64,000 nt of DNA from Trueperaceae bacterium. GTDB lineage: Bacteria; Deinococcota; Deinococci; Deinococcales; Trueperaceae. The stretch is taken from the NCBI GenBank assembly GCA_040905465.1, contig JBBDRK010000049.1:1-64000 (forward strand). The letters run 5' to 3'. The translations under genes were made by a program, and so were the position numbers. Positions within the stretch are counted from its first letter, which is position 1. Every line of letters starts with the position of its first letter. Positions 9,817-20,105 of the stretch are shown here, one piece after another. The notes below the pieces were generated by a model, which was not told the origin of the DNA, did not search any database, and saw only the letters and a list, made by a program, of their open reading frames with translations.

Positions 9817-10601
9817 GCCGACTCCTGGGCGCCAGTGGTTTCCTGGGGCAGAGGGTCCACGCGCGGCGCTTCTCCGCCCCCCAGATTCCTGGAAATGTTC
9901 CTGGCGCACTCCAGCGCTACCGGCACCAGCTCCATCTGTCTGGCCTCGTCGATGTAGATGCTTGCTCCGCTGATGCTGATGGCGGCGATGATCCTGCCGC
10001 TGGAGTCCCAGAGCGGCGCGGCAACGCAGCGCGTACCCGGCTCGTTCTCCTCGCGGTCCAACGCGTAGCCCTGTCGCCGCACGGCTTCGAGCTCGCGCAG
10101 AAGCTCGTTTCGGTCGGTAATGGATCGCTCGGTGCGCGGCGGCAAGTCGAAGAGGTGTGACTCCCACTCCGCACGAGGACGGTGGGCAATCAACACCTTG
10201 CCCAGTGCCGTGACCTGGGCCGGCGTGCGCAGGCCTACGTGCGATCTCATCTGCAGGCCGCGTTCACCCGGGATTTTTTCCAGATAGATGATGTGGCCCT
10301 CCGCCAATTCACCCAGGTGGATTGTCTCACGAGTCCGGCGAGACACCTCTTCGAGCTGGGGCTTGGCCACCTGGAGGTAACTGAGCTGCCGCTTCGCCTT
10401 CTCGCTCAGTTCAAGGAGCCGGTAGCCCAAGAGGTACCGATGGTCCTGGTAGCGAAGCAGCCCCTGCTCTACCAGCACCGCGGCCAACCGGTGGATGGTG
10501 CTCTTGGGCCAACCGCTTACCTTGGCCAGCTTGGGTAGCGTGTCGTCGCCTTCCGCCACGAAGCCGAGCAACTGCACGCCCTTCTCGAGTGCCTGGCTCA
10601 C
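9813..10601 (-). CDS. IclR family transcriptional regulator
   Basis: N-terminal HTH (PKSTIHRL); TALGK and GYALDREENEPGTRCVAAP. Confidence 0.92.
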   Translation of the reverse strand: MSQALEKGVQLLGFVAEGDDTLPKLAKVSGWPKSTIHRLAAVLVEQGLLRYQDHRYLLGYRLLELSEKAKRQLSYLQVAKPQLEEVSRRTRETIHLGELAEGHIIYLEKIPGERGLQMRSHVGLRTPAQVTALGKVLIAHRPRAEWESHLFDLPPRTERSITDRNELLRELEAVRRQGYALDREENEPGTRCVAAPLWDSSGRIIAAISISGASIYIDEARQMELVPVALECARNISRNLGGGEAPRVDPLPQETTGAQESA

Positions 10602-10652
10602 CGCTGGACCTCACACCCGAACAATTCCGAATCCTCTCACTCGACACCACTC

Positions 10653-10711
10653 GTCCCGCCTGTTGGAACAGCGTCCTTCATGTTGACACGTCCTAGGGCG
10701 CAGTCTATACT
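10653..10711 (+). promoter_or_regulatory. Sigma70-type promoter (TTGACA-N17-TATACT) with adjacent IclR-like imperfect palindrome
   Basis: TTGACA at 10683-10688, TATACT at 10706-10711; GTCCCGCCTGTTGGAAC at 10653-10669. Confidence 0.7.
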
Positions 10712-10893
10712 CGCGCCACGAGTGACGCAACGTGCTTTGGGTCGCCTTTCGCTCGAAAGGCGCGCAGGGGAGATTTCTGGTCGCGGTACGACCCGGAGCC
10801 TGGGCAGAGGGAGGTAGCTCTTTGGATCGTCCTAGCGCATCGGCAGCTCGCTCGGCCGGTTTCGCCGGCCCATTCCCACTCCAGGAGGATCGA

Positions 10894-12171
10894 ATGGCGC
10901 TACACCTTAAGCATCTCGTCCGCGTTGCCGTGGTGCTGGCACTTGCGCTGGCTTCGTTCGGCGTCGCCCAGACCGATATCGACTTCGCCGTCTGGAACTA
11001 CTCGCTCGACATCGTCCAGGACAACATCGAGAAGTTCGAGTCGGAGAATCCCGATGTCGACGTAACCCTCAACGACTACACCTGGCCCGATTACCACGAC
11101 ACGATGGTGTTGCGCTTCCGCGGCAACAACGCTCCCGACACGCTGTACGTAGGACAGGACTGGCTGCCCGCCTGGGCGTCCGCCGGCTGGCTCGCACCCT
11201 TCGACGAGGCCTGCCCCGACCTAACGCAGTATGCCGCGGACGCCGCCAATTACGCCGTCAACGATATGACCTACCAGGACCAGCTCTACGGCCTGCCCTA
11301 CTACGCGGATACCATCAGCTTCCTCTACAACGGGGCCATCCTCGAGGAGCACGGAATAGCCGTACCAGAAACCTGGGACGACGTCCTCCAGGCCAGCCTC
11401 CAGCTCAAGGAAGCCGGCATGGACCACCCCTTCGTGTACGAGTACGGCCAGGAGCTTCCCAACTTCTTCGATGCTTTCGTGGCGCAGGTCTACGGCCGCG
11501 GCGGCGACATGTTCGACGAAGACCTCAATCCGGTCTTCAACGATCCGGAGAACGCGGCCTTCCAGCACCTGCAGTGGCTGCAGGAAGCGGTCACCGAACA
11601 CGACATCATGGAGTTGGTCCCCCACGAGACCGACGTCATTCGCACCATGAACACTGGCCAGCACGCCTTTTCGGTCGTCTACAACTACGTGCTTGCCGCG
11701 ATGAACGAGGAAGCGACCCAGCCGCGCGCCGGCGAATTCGCGCTCGCCCTCATGCCCGGCGAGGCTCACCAGACCCTCGGCTTCGCCAAGTTCTACTCGA
11801 TCTCACAGGCTGCGACCAACGACGCCGACAAGCGGGAGGCGGCCTGCCAGTTCATCGAGTACATGGGCGGCGGCGACTATTCGATTGCCACCCGTTGGGC
11901 GGCCGAGAACGGACTCGGCTTCGCGCAGCTGCCGCTGTTCGAGGACCCGGCGGTGCGTGACGCCTGGAACGACTGGATCGACGTTGACCTGCTCCGCGAG
12001 CAGGTCGCAAGTGCCAGGACGGGCACCTGGACCGAGTGGACGTCGATCTGGAGCGCTTACTTCCGCCCGCTCCTTGCCCAAGCCATGGTCGGCGAGTCGA
12101 CTGTGGAGGAGGCGATGAACTCCGGTGCCGCCAGGTGGATCGAGTACCGCGAGACGGTACGCGGCAACTGA
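10894..12171 (+). CDS. Carbohydrate ABC transporter substrate-binding protein (CUT1)
   Basis: AGGAGG RBS, signal peptide ending VAQ, YGLPY and PETWDD motifs. Confidence 0.88.
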   Translation: MALHLKHLVRVAVVLALALASFGVAQTDIDFAVWNYSLDIVQDNIEKFESENPDVDVTLNDYTWPDYHDTMVLRFRGNNAPDTLYVGQDWLPAWASAGWLAPFDEACPDLTQYAADAANYAVNDMTYQDQLYGLPYYADTISFLYNGAILEEHGIAVPETWDDVLQASLQLKEAGMDHPFVYEYGQELPNFFDAFVAQVYGRGGDMFDEDLNPVFNDPENAAFQHLQWLQEAVTEHDIMELVPHETDVIRTMNTGQHAFSVVYNYVLAAMNEEATQPRAGEFALALMPGEAHQTLGFAKFYSISQAATNDADKREAACQFIEYMGGGDYSIATRWAAENGLGFAQLPLFEDPAVRDAWNDWIDVDLLREQVASARTGTWTEWTSIWSAYFRPLLAQAMVGESTVEEAMNSGAARWIEYRETVRGN

Positions 12172-12184
12172 TACGACTCTAGCT

Positions 12185-12217
12185 AGCGTCCGGAGCCAAA
12201 GCCCGGCTCCGGACGCT
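12185..12217 (+). terminator. Stem-loop after the SBP gene
   Basis: AGCGTCCGGAGCC-N7-GGCTCCGGACGCT, 13-bp inverted repeat with no U-tract. Confidence 0.6.
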
Positions 12218-12257
12218 CGAATCTTCGCAATCGAGCACCCTCCTTGATCGGTATCCC

Positions 12258-13142
12258 ATGACCAGGCGCGCGAACACCGAATATCTCTGGGTCCTGCCGG
12301 TACTGATACCGGTATTTCTCTTCACGCTCTACCCGGTGGCGCATGCACTATGGAAGAGCCTGCACCGCTCGCAGGTTCTGCTGCCCGGTGAACCGTTCGT
12401 CGGGCTTGCAAACTACGCCAGCCTCCTGAACGACAGCACAATCTGGGCATCTCTGCGCAACACCCTGGGCTTCACCCTCGTCGCCGCGCCCATCACGGTC
12501 GTCGTGGGCCTTGGGGTGGCCTATCTGCTGCTTGCCAACTACCCGGGGCGGATCTACGTACGCTCCGTGGTGCTGTTACCCTGGGCGCTCCCAGGGGCGA
12601 TCACCGCCGTCATCTGGATCTGGGTGTTCCACCCTTCCTGGGGACTGCTGAATCACGGCCTTCGGCTGGCCGGGATCATCGACCGCAATCTCCAGTGGCT
12701 CACGCAGCCCGACCTGGCGCGGTTCGCCGTCGCCGTCGCCCACATCTGGGCGCAGTTCCCGTTTGCGGCGGTCCTGATGCTGGCTGCCCTGTCGTCGATC
12801 GACTCCACGCTCTACTCGGCCGCCGCCATCGACGGCGCCAACGCCTGGCAACGCTTCCGGTTCGTGACCCTCCCGCAAATCAGCACCATGATCGCGGTAC
12901 TGACCGTCTACGAAACGCTCGTCGCGGTAACCAGCTACGACGTGACCTATGCGATGACCGGGGGCGGACCGGGCAGCGCCACCACGCTGCTGGCGTTCCA
13001 GATCTGGAAGCAGAGCTTCAGCATGCTCAATTTTGGCAACGGCGCTGCCCTCGCATTCCTGACGGCCCTCCTCTCGCTCATCTTCATAGCGCTGATCCTC
13101 TGGGCGATCCCGGCCGAGCTGTTCAGAACGGATGACGAGTAG
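12258..13142 (+). CDS. Sugar ABC permease (MalF-like)
   Basis: TM helices, AAAIDGA...RFVTLP loop and GGP motif. Confidence 0.9.
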   Translation: MTRRANTEYLWVLPVLIPVFLFTLYPVAHALWKSLHRSQVLLPGEPFVGLANYASLLNDSTIWASLRNTLGFTLVAAPITVVVGLGVAYLLLANYPGRIYVRSVVLLPWALPGAITAVIWIWVFHPSWGLLNHGLRLAGIIDRNLQWLTQPDLARFAVAVAHIWAQFPFAAVLMLAALSSIDSTLYSAAAIDGANAWQRFRFVTLPQISTMIAVLTVYETLVAVTSYDVTYAMTGGGPGSATTLLAFQIWKQSFSMLNFGNGAALAFLTALLSLIFIALILWAIPAELFRTDDE

Positions 13143-14035
13143 TGAGGCGAAACCAGTTGCTGGGCCGCTCACTGCTGCTGTTCGGCGCATTCCTGGTATT
13201 CCTGTTCAGCGCCAGCCCGGTAATTCTCAGCTTCATCGGCAGCATCGTTCCCGATCAGGCGATCTTCTCCTACCCGCCCAACTGGTTCGGCTACGGAGTG
13301 ACGCTGGACAACTACCGCTACATCTTCACCGGTGAGTTGCCAACGGTGTACCAGGCGGAGGGCGCCAACCGGAGCATGATCTCGGACGCTGCCCGACAGG
13401 TACCCAGGGCATTGTTCAACAGCATGATCGTCTCGGGATCCGTCGCCCTGATCAACCTGCTTCTCGGCGGTCCTGCCGCCTACGCCTACGCTCGCATGCG
13501 CTTCCGCGGGCGCAGGGCCACCTTCATTGGGCTGATAATGGCGCCGCTGGTACCCTCGGCGGCGCTCATCGTTCCCTACTACCTGCTGGTGCAGCAGTTC
13601 GGCCTACTGGGCACCAAGCTGTCGATGATCCTGATTCATTCGATAATGACCCTCCCCTTCACGACCCTGATCCTTTCCGTCTTCTTCGGCCGCATACCCG
13701 ACGAGCTGGAGGACGCCGCGCTGGTCGACGGCTGCACCCCTCTCCAGTCGTTCCTGCGAATCTTCGTCCCACTGGTCAGACCCAGCCTGCTCGCCACCGG
13801 CCTGTTCGCCTTCATGCTCTCCTACTCCGAGTTCCTGTTCGCCCACGCCCTGGGCGGCAGTTCGGACAGCCGTCTCCTCCCGGTCGTGATGGCGGCACTG
13901 GCCCGCAATACCGACGTTTCCTGGGGACTGCTCAACGCATCGATTTTCATAGCAGTCGTCCCTTCCCTCCTCCTGGTGATAGTAGTGTGGCGGTTCGTGG
14001 TCGAGGGACTCCTCGCCGGCAGCGTGAAGGGATAG
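13142..14035 (+). CDS. Sugar ABC permease (MalG-like)
   Basis: IPDELEDAALVDG motif; ends GSVKG. Confidence 0.9.
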   Translation: MRRNQLLGRSLLLFGAFLVFLFSASPVILSFIGSIVPDQAIFSYPPNWFGYGVTLDNYRYIFTGELPTVYQAEGANRSMISDAARQVPRALFNSMIVSGSVALINLLLGGPAAYAYARMRFRGRRATFIGLIMAPLVPSAALIVPYYLLVQQFGLLGTKLSMILIHSIMTLPFTTLILSVFFGRIPDELEDAALVDGCTPLQSFLRIFVPLVRPSLLATGLFAFMLSYSEFLFAHALGGSSDSRLLPVVMAALARNTDVSWGLLNASIFIAVVPSLLLVIVVWRFVVEGLLAGSVKG

Positions 14036-14042
14036 TAGCAAC

Positions 14043-14711
14043 GTGACTAGCAGAGAGAGCAGCAGCACAGTGGGCAATCAATCAGCCAATCAGTTCCTCG
14101 AAGCACTCCGAACCACCCGGGTCGTCGCGATAGTCCGAGGTGATTTCAGCGTGGAGCAGTACTCCACCGTGGTGAACTCGTTCGTCCGCGCCGGACTCAA
14201 CACCATCGAGCTCACCATCGAACGGCCCCGCGCGCGCGACGCGATCCGCGAGATCTCGGCTAACGGGCCCGAGGGGCTGTGGCTGGGGGCGGGAACGGTG
14301 AGGAGTGGCGACGACGCGCGGAATGCACTGGAGGCCGGCGCCCGCTACCTGGTCTCCCCCGGCTTCATGCCCCAGGTCGCTCGTGTGGCGCACGATGCCG
14401 GCGTCGTCTACCTGCCCGGCGTCCTCACGCCCAGCGAAGTCGAAACGGCCATGGCTAGCGGCTGCACGACCGTAAAACTCTTCCCTGCCAGGCCACTCGG
14501 GCCCGCCTACCTAAAGGCGATCGCCGCCCCGCTCACCGGTGTGAGCTTCGTCCCCACCGGGGGCGTAGGCGTCGATGACGCGCACGAGTTCCTCGAAGCG
14601 GGTGCCCTGGCTGTTGGTGTAGGCGGGTCGCTGGTGGGCAAGGACATCGACCCGGCGGCATTGGAAGATCGCGCCGGGCGACTGCTCCAGGGCCTAAGGA
14701 GTCACAAGTAA
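14043..14711 (+). CDS. eda: KDPG/KHG aldolase
   Basis: IELT, GAGTV, VSPG, TPSE, KLFPA and PTGGV motifs. Confidence 0.85.
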   Translation: MTSRESSSTVGNQSANQFLEALRTTRVVAIVRGDFSVEQYSTVVNSFVRAGLNTIELTIERPRARDAIREISANGPEGLWLGAGTVRSGDDARNALEAGARYLVSPGFMPQVARVAHDAGVVYLPGVLTPSEVETAMASGCTTVKLFPARPLGPAYLKAIAAPLTGVSFVPTGGVGVDDAHEFLEAGALAVGVGGSLVGKDIDPAALEDRAGRLLQGLRSHK

Positions 14712-14712
14712 A

Positions 14713-15750
14713 GTGAGTGACGGAGACCGGAGCAAAGCAACGGAACACGAATATGACGCGAGCCCGAACGTAGCTTCGGAACGCCGCTACGAGGTAACCA
14801 GCCTGGGTGAAGCGATGCTTCGCCTTTCGGTTGGGGCCGGCAGGAAGCTGGCGACGACAGACAGCCTCGACCTGCACGTGGCCGGCGCAGAGCTGAATGT
14901 CTGCGCCGCCCTTGCTGGCCTGGGCCGCCGAGTAGGCTGGTTCAGCCGCCTTCCCGACAATCCCCTGGGCCAACTGATACTCAGCCGCGCCCGCGGCTGG
15001 GGCGTCGACACGGAGAGGGTCGTTCGAACGGCCGAGGGCCGGGTGGGCACCTACTTCATAGAGTTTTCCTCTCCGCCCATTCCCGCTCGGGTCACGTACG
15101 ATCGTGCCGACAGTACCTTCAGCAAAATGGAAGCCGGAGAAATCGACTGGGCCCGGTTGCTGGATACGCGAGTCCTCCACCTGACGGGGATAACGCCGGC
15201 ACTGGGTTCGAATCTCCAGGAAGTAACACGCCAGGCGGTTGCACGAGCCCGCGAGCGGGGGCTGCTCGTGAGCCTCGACGTGAACTACCGCTCGAAGCTG
15301 TGGCAGCCGGCGGAAGCGGCGGAGTTTTTGCGTCCACTGATGGGTGAAGTAGACCTCCTGATCTGCGGCAGAAACGACGCTCGCCTGCTGTTCGGCATCG
15401 ACACTCTAAACGAGCAGGAGCTTCTCGACGAGTTGCGCTCGCACACCGACGCCCCCCACGTCGTCATCACACTAGGCAAGGAGGGTGCGATTGCATGGAG
15501 CGAAGGCCAGGTGCTGCGCCAACAGGCGATACCGGTCACCGTTATTGACCGCATCGGTGCGGGCGACGCCTTCGCTGCCGGAGTCATCGACGGCCTGCTC
15601 GAGGCGGATCTCGAAGGCGGGCTGTCAATTGGTGCGGCCCTCGCCGCCCTGACGCTCGCCCAACATGGCGACGTCATATCGGTTGGCAGAGAAGAAGTGG
15701 GCGCTGTCGCCCGCCTTGCCGGCGAGCCTGGTACCGGTGTATTGCGCTGA
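14713..15750 (+). CDS. kdgK: PfkB sugar kinase, 2-keto-3-deoxygluconate kinase-like
   Basis: GEAML, AGAELNV, DVNYRSKLW and DRIGAGDAF motifs. Confidence 0.8.
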   Translation: MSDGDRSKATEHEYDASPNVASERRYEVTSLGEAMLRLSVGAGRKLATTDSLDLHVAGAELNVCAALAGLGRRVGWFSRLPDNPLGQLILSRARGWGVDTERVVRTAEGRVGTYFIEFSSPPIPARVTYDRADSTFSKMEAGEIDWARLLDTRVLHLTGITPALGSNLQEVTRQAVARARERGLLVSLDVNYRSKLWQPAEAAEFLRPLMGEVDLLICGRNDARLLFGIDTLNEQELLDELRSHTDAPHVVITLGKEGAIAWSEGQVLRQQAIPVTVIDRIGAGDAFAAGVIDGLLEADLEGGLSIGAALAALTLAQHGDVISVGREEVGAVARLAGEPGTGVLR

Positions 15751-15881
15751 GCCGCTCCCCGATTCCGCTGGCCCAAGGGAAAGATTACCAGGAGCAGTGA
15801 AGGCAGTTTTCTGTAAGCGGTGACGCGCCGCCACGATAGGATGGCGGACGAGCGCCTGGACGAATGCCCAAAGGAGCCGTG

Positions 15882-17060
15882 ATGTCGATCTACCGCCGCT
15901 ATGGTGTAAAGCCCCTCATAAACGCGGCCGGTACGAAAACACGACTCGGTGGTGCCCTCATGTCTCCAGAAGTGCTCCAGGCGATGACTGACGCAGCAGC
16001 AGAGGCAGTGGACATGGCGGAACTGCAGGCCGCTGCGAGCAAGGTGATTGCAGGTATCACCGGGGCACAAGCCGGATGCGTAACAAGCGGTGCTGCTGCC
16101 GGGCTTACGCTCGGCGCAGCGGCCTGCATGACAGGTCTGGACCCTGCCAAAATAGATCGCCTGCCGAACAACCACGACCTGCCCCACGAGATCATCATTT
16201 TCCGATCCCACCGCAACTCCTACGATCACGCGTGGCGAGCAGCAGGCGCAAAACTGATCGAAGTAGGCCTCGACGACCGCGCAGCAGGGAGCGGAGTTCG
16301 TACTCTCGAGACCTGGGAGATCGAGGCGGCCATCAATGAGCGCACGGTCGCAGTCGCGTATGTGGCGAATCGGAGAAATGAACCAAACTTGGCACGACTA
16401 AGCGAGTATTGCCACAGCCGAAACCTTCCCGTACTCGTCGACGCGGCCGGGCAACTGCCACCCGCCGAAAACCTGCAAGCCTTCATCGACTCCGGAGCCG
16501 ACCTGGTAGCGTTCAGCGGCGGCAAGGCGATCGGTGGGCCCCAGGCAACCGGAATACTCTGCGGAAAGAAAGAGCTCATCCAGGCAGCTCTTCTTAATAG
16601 CCTCGACATGGACATGGACCTCGAACTGTGGGATCCACCGCCCAGCCTCCTCCCGCCAGAAAGCATCGAGGCTCTTCCCCGCCACGGCATTGGCCGCGGC
16701 TTCAAGGTAAGCAAGGAAAATATTATCGGCCTTCTCGTTGCCCTGGAGCGTTTTGCCTCGGGCGAGTGGCAACGGGAACTAGAAGCCAGGCGGGAAATCG
16801 CTGGCAGTATCGCGCGCTCCGTTGACGAAACAACCGCGATTAGTGCCGAATACAGCGAAACGAGCGGTCATCCGACTGTCTCCCTGACCTTTTCAACCAC
16901 CACCGAGGCGCGACGGGTCTACCAGGAGTTACTGCGGGGCGAGCCGGGAATAGCACTCGACCCGGCGGATATCTATGACGGTGTCCTCATCGTCAACACA
17001 GCCACACTCTTGCCAGAGCATGCCCGGGTCATCGCGGCGCGACTCGAGGCCGTGACCTAA
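15882..17060 (+). CDS. SelA-like PLP enzyme (DgaE-like amino-sugar-acid ammonia-lyase candidate)
   Basis: INAAGTKTRLGG, VTSGAAAG, VDAA, FSGGKAIGGPQ and GRGFKVSKE motifs. Confidence 0.8.
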   Translation: MSIYRRYGVKPLINAAGTKTRLGGALMSPEVLQAMTDAAAEAVDMAELQAAASKVIAGITGAQAGCVTSGAAAGLTLGAAACMTGLDPAKIDRLPNNHDLPHEIIIFRSHRNSYDHAWRAAGAKLIEVGLDDRAAGSGVRTLETWEIEAAINERTVAVAYVANRRNEPNLARLSEYCHSRNLPVLVDAAGQLPPAENLQAFIDSGADLVAFSGGKAIGGPQATGILCGKKELIQAALLNSLDMDMDLELWDPPPSLLPPESIEALPRHGIGRGFKVSKENIIGLLVALERFASGEWQRELEARREIAGSIARSVDETTAISAEYSETSGHPTVSLTFSTTTEARRVYQELLRGEPGIALDPADIYDGVLIVNTATLLPEHARVIAARLEAVT

Positions 17061-17863
17061 TCGGACCTTACTTGGGACGTCGCCGTGGACCTTGCGCCCC
17101 CCGCTACCCCTTCCACGAGGTATTTCGCCACGGCCTCGACGATCGAGTCGAGAAGCTCTGCCCCCCGCTCTCCGTCTGCGAAGGTGGGGGCTCCGATGGC
17201 CCCGGTACGAGTGAGTTCCGAAAAGGCTGACGCGCTTGCGACCGATCCGCCATGGGTCAGGTCAAAGCCGCGGTACGGGTGAGCATCGGGCATCACGTCC
17301 TCAGCATGTTGCATGCGAACGAGGTCGGGCCGCACGGCCAGCATCAGGGAGGTCTCCATCTCGCAGGCGTGATTGATACCGCCCAGGGGGGAGCGCCGCC
17401 ACGCGGTTATTAGGTCGAGCGCTAGGTCCCAGTAGGAGGCCGCCGAAATCTCCACGCCCTGCTCGAAACGAAGGCTCTGCGTGGCGGCGCGCAGAAGGTT
17501 GGCATTGCCGCCGTGGCCGTTGACCAGCACAATCCTCTTGAATCCGTGCCTGTGCAGGCTCACGGATATGTCGGTGACTACGGCAGTAAAGGTGGCAGAG
17601 GAGACGGTGAGCGAGCCCGGGAAGTCCATGTGGTGAGGAGAGTAGCCGACGCTGATGGCAGGGGCGACGAGGGTGGTTTGGCCGGAGTCTGTGGCTCGCC
17701 TGGCCGCGCGCATTGAAACTTCGGTGCAGAGCGTGGCATCGACCTGAAGGGGTAGATGGTGGCCATGCTGTTCGGTAGCGCCTACCGGCACGACCACCGT
17801 CGGGTCTTGCTCCAGCAGATCCCGGATCTCCGGCCATGAGTACTCATCCAAGCGGACCCTCAT
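17057..17863 (-). CDS. Creatininase family amidohydrolase
   Basis: EQHGHHLP, NGHGGN and HACEMETS motifs. Confidence 0.9.
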   Translation of the reverse strand: MRVRLDEYSWPEIRDLLEQDPTVVVPVGATEQHGHHLPLQVDATLCTEVSMRAARRATDSGQTTLVAPAISVGYSPHHMDFPGSLTVSSATFTAVVTDISVSLHRHGFKRIVLVNGHGGNANLLRAATQSLRFEQGVEISAASYWDLALDLITAWRRSPLGGINHACEMETSLMLAVRPDLVRMQHAEDVMPDAHPYRGFDLTHGGSVASASAFSELTRTGAIGAPTFADGERGAELLDSIVEAVAKYLVEGVAGGARSTATSQVRSD

Positions 17864-17872
17864 CGACAACTC

Positions 17873-18922
17873 CTAAGCATCATCGTTTTCGCCCCAAGGG
17901 TGGCTGCTACCCCCGGGCAGCGGCGTCAGTGTTCCGCTGGGCTCCCGCCCTGCCAACAGGTCCGCGACCTGATCCACGGTCTCGTGCGCATGGTGCAGCA
18001 CGGCTTCGCGCACGAAACCTCCAACGTGGGGAGCCGCCACGACATTGGGAAGCGTGGCCAGGCGAACGCTGGGAAGGTTGTCCGGCTCACGGCCCACGTC
18101 CAAGGCCGCTCCCGCGATTGCTCCAGTTGTCAGCGCCTGGTACAGCGCGTCGTCATCGACCAGGCCACCCCGCCCGATATTCACCAGCACGGCCTCCGGC
18201 CGCATCTGGGCCAGCGCCGAGGCATCAATCAACTTCTCGGTTTCCTTGTTGTGCGGCGCGGTGAGCACGACGACGTCGATGGCGGCGAGGAGCCGGTGCA
18301 GGTCGTCGTTGGGAATGGAGTCGGGGACATCGCTGGCGTACGGGTCCGATACTCGCACGTCCATGTGCAGCGCTTGGCCGAGCTCGGCCATCCGACGCCC
18401 CAGATTGCCGTAACCCACTACGCCCAAGGTGAGCCCCGCCAATTGCCGGCCCATCTCCGGCTCCGGCACCCGCCCCGCGCGGTAGGCAATTGTGGCCGCG
18501 GGGAGGTGGCGAAGGAGGCTGATCGTGAGGCCGAAGGCAAGTTCGCACACAGCGTCAACCCAGCCTGCACTGCCGTGGATCACCATCACCCCGTGCTGGC
18601 GCGCCGCCGGCAGGTCAACTGTCCTTACGTCCATCGCCCCGCGGACGAACGCCCGCAATCGGGGAAGCTGGGCGAACGCTTCTGCGGGTGCGTCGGTAAC
18701 CCTGTCGGCTACGACGATCTCCGCTCCTGTGGTGCTCGCCTCGCCTATCCATGCCAGCGAACCATCGTCACTGTGCGTCGCCGAGAGCTGAACCCTGCCG
18801 AGCAGCCGGAGCCGAGCGAGGGCCTCGTCCGGATAGAGGCGCTCCCGCCGGTCCCGGGGATAGGCCAGGAGGATGGCGGGCCCGGCCCCGGAGCCGCTGT
18901 CGACGGCGTCGCGGCCACTCAT
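17873..18922 (-). CDS. D-2-hydroxyacid dehydrogenase (SerA-like)
   Basis: GVVGYGNLG, NIGRGG, LDV and PHVGG motifs. Confidence 0.85.
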   Translation of the reverse strand: MSGRDAVDSGSGAGPAILLAYPRDRRERLYPDEALARLRLLGRVQLSATHSDDGSLAWIGEASTTGAEIVVADRVTDAPAEAFAQLPRLRAFVRGAMDVRTVDLPAARQHGVMVIHGSAGWVDAVCELAFGLTISLLRHLPAATIAYRAGRVPEPEMGRQLAGLTLGVVGYGNLGRRMAELGQALHMDVRVSDPYASDVPDSIPNDDLHRLLAAIDVVVLTAPHNKETEKLIDASALAQMRPEAVLVNIGRGGLVDDDALYQALTTGAIAGAALDVGREPDNLPSVRLATLPNVVAAPHVGGFVREAVLHHAHETVDQVADLLAGREPSGTLTPLPGGSSHPWGENDDA

Positions 18923-18974
18923 ACAGCTCCCCCGGAGGCCGGACGCTCGAGGGCCATCTGAGCCTTCGGGTCCA

Positions 18975-20105
18975 TCAGGTCCTGCGCCCCCTGGCCTCGA
19001 CAGGGATTTCGCGCTCCACTCGGCCGTCCCGCACTCCGATCAAGGTGTCGTAGAGGTTGACCACCGGACAGACGTGGTTCATGACGATAGCTACCCGATC
19101 GCCAATGGCCAGGTCAGAGCTTGGATCGAGCTCGAGCACGCCGTGCTCCTCGGAGGCACGCACCAGTCGGGCGTCGTTCCGGTCCACGACCAGGCCCGGT
19201 TCGCCGGAGCGATCGACCTTGGCGTCTGCGCCGAACGACTTGGAGCCGGCATCGACTACCGCCCTCTCGGGGACTGGGCGTGAAACCACGGTGGCGATGA
19301 TGTAGGCGGCGCAGTCTTCCGGGGCCGCCTGGAAACGCGCGATGGTGTTGGAGTCGTTGAACACGTAGGTTCCCGGACGGATTTCGGTCACGCCGGGTGT
19401 GTCGGCCTCATAGGGTGCCGCCAGGGTCGATCCTGGCGAGACGACCGGAACCTCGATGCCGTTGCTCCTGATCTCCTCTGCCACCGCCACGAGCGCTTGA
19501 GCCTGCTGCCGCGAGGCGCGCTCGAGCGCTTCCGGCGTGGTTTCTGCTCCCACGTGCCCACCATGGGTCATCACCGCCGCGATCTGCACGCCCTCGAGGT
19601 CGGCAACGGCTTTGGCGAGCTCGAGCGCCGGTCCTCCGGAGGCAACACCTACTCTGCCCAGACCGGTATCGATCTCCAGGTAGACCGGTACCGGCCGACC
19701 GAGTCGCCGCCCGACTTCCGCCAACCCCTCGGCGACGCGGAGGTCGTCGAGCGACACTGCAACCCGGGGGACGCGCTTCATGAGTTGTTCGAGGCGGCGA
19801 AGCTTGGATTCGCCGACGAGGGGGAAGGCTATGAGTATGTCTTCGATGCCGCCACTGGCCATCGCCTCGGCCTCACCCAGCTTGGCCACGGTCACCCCTA
19901 CCGCGCCGGCCTCGATCTGGCGCCGCGCGATCCAGGGCGACTTGTGAGTCTTGATGTGCGGCCGCAGCTGCACTCCGTGAGCGGCGGCCATCTTGGCCAT
20001 CCGCTCTATGTTCGTGTCCATCACATCCAGATCGACGACGAGCGCCGGCGTATCGACGTCCAGTCGTGTTACGAATCTGCGGGTTGCGGTTTGCACCGTT
20101 CTCAA
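18975..20105 (-). CDS. Fold-type III PLP enzyme (D-serine dehydratase/D-threonine aldolase family)
   Basis: TPALVVD, RPHIKTHK, EIRPGTYVFND, SEEHG and NHVC motifs. Confidence 0.88.
   Translation of the reverse strand: MRTVQTATRRFVTRLDVDTPALVVDLDVMDTNIERMAKMAAAHGVQLRPHIKTHKSPWIARRQIEAGAVGVTVAKLGEAEAMASGGIEDILIAFPLVGESKLRRLEQLMKRVPRVAVSLDDLRVAEGLAEVGRRLGRPVPVYLEIDTGLGRVGVASGGPALELAKAVADLEGVQIAAVMTHGGHVGAETTPEALERASRQQAQALVAVAEEIRSNGIEVPVVSPGSTLAAPYEADTPGVTEIRPGTYVFNDSNTIARFQAAPEDCAAYIIATVVSRPVPERAVVDAGSKSFGADAKVDRSGEPGLVVDRNDARLVRASEEHGVLELDPSSDLAIGDRVAIVMNHVCPVVNLYDTLIGVRDGRVEREIPVEARGRRT

Noticed and set aside
15882-17060. Selenocysteine synthase selA
   Set aside because: No selB/selD/tRNA-Sec nearby, and the context with kdgK/eda fits the DgaE-like branch better
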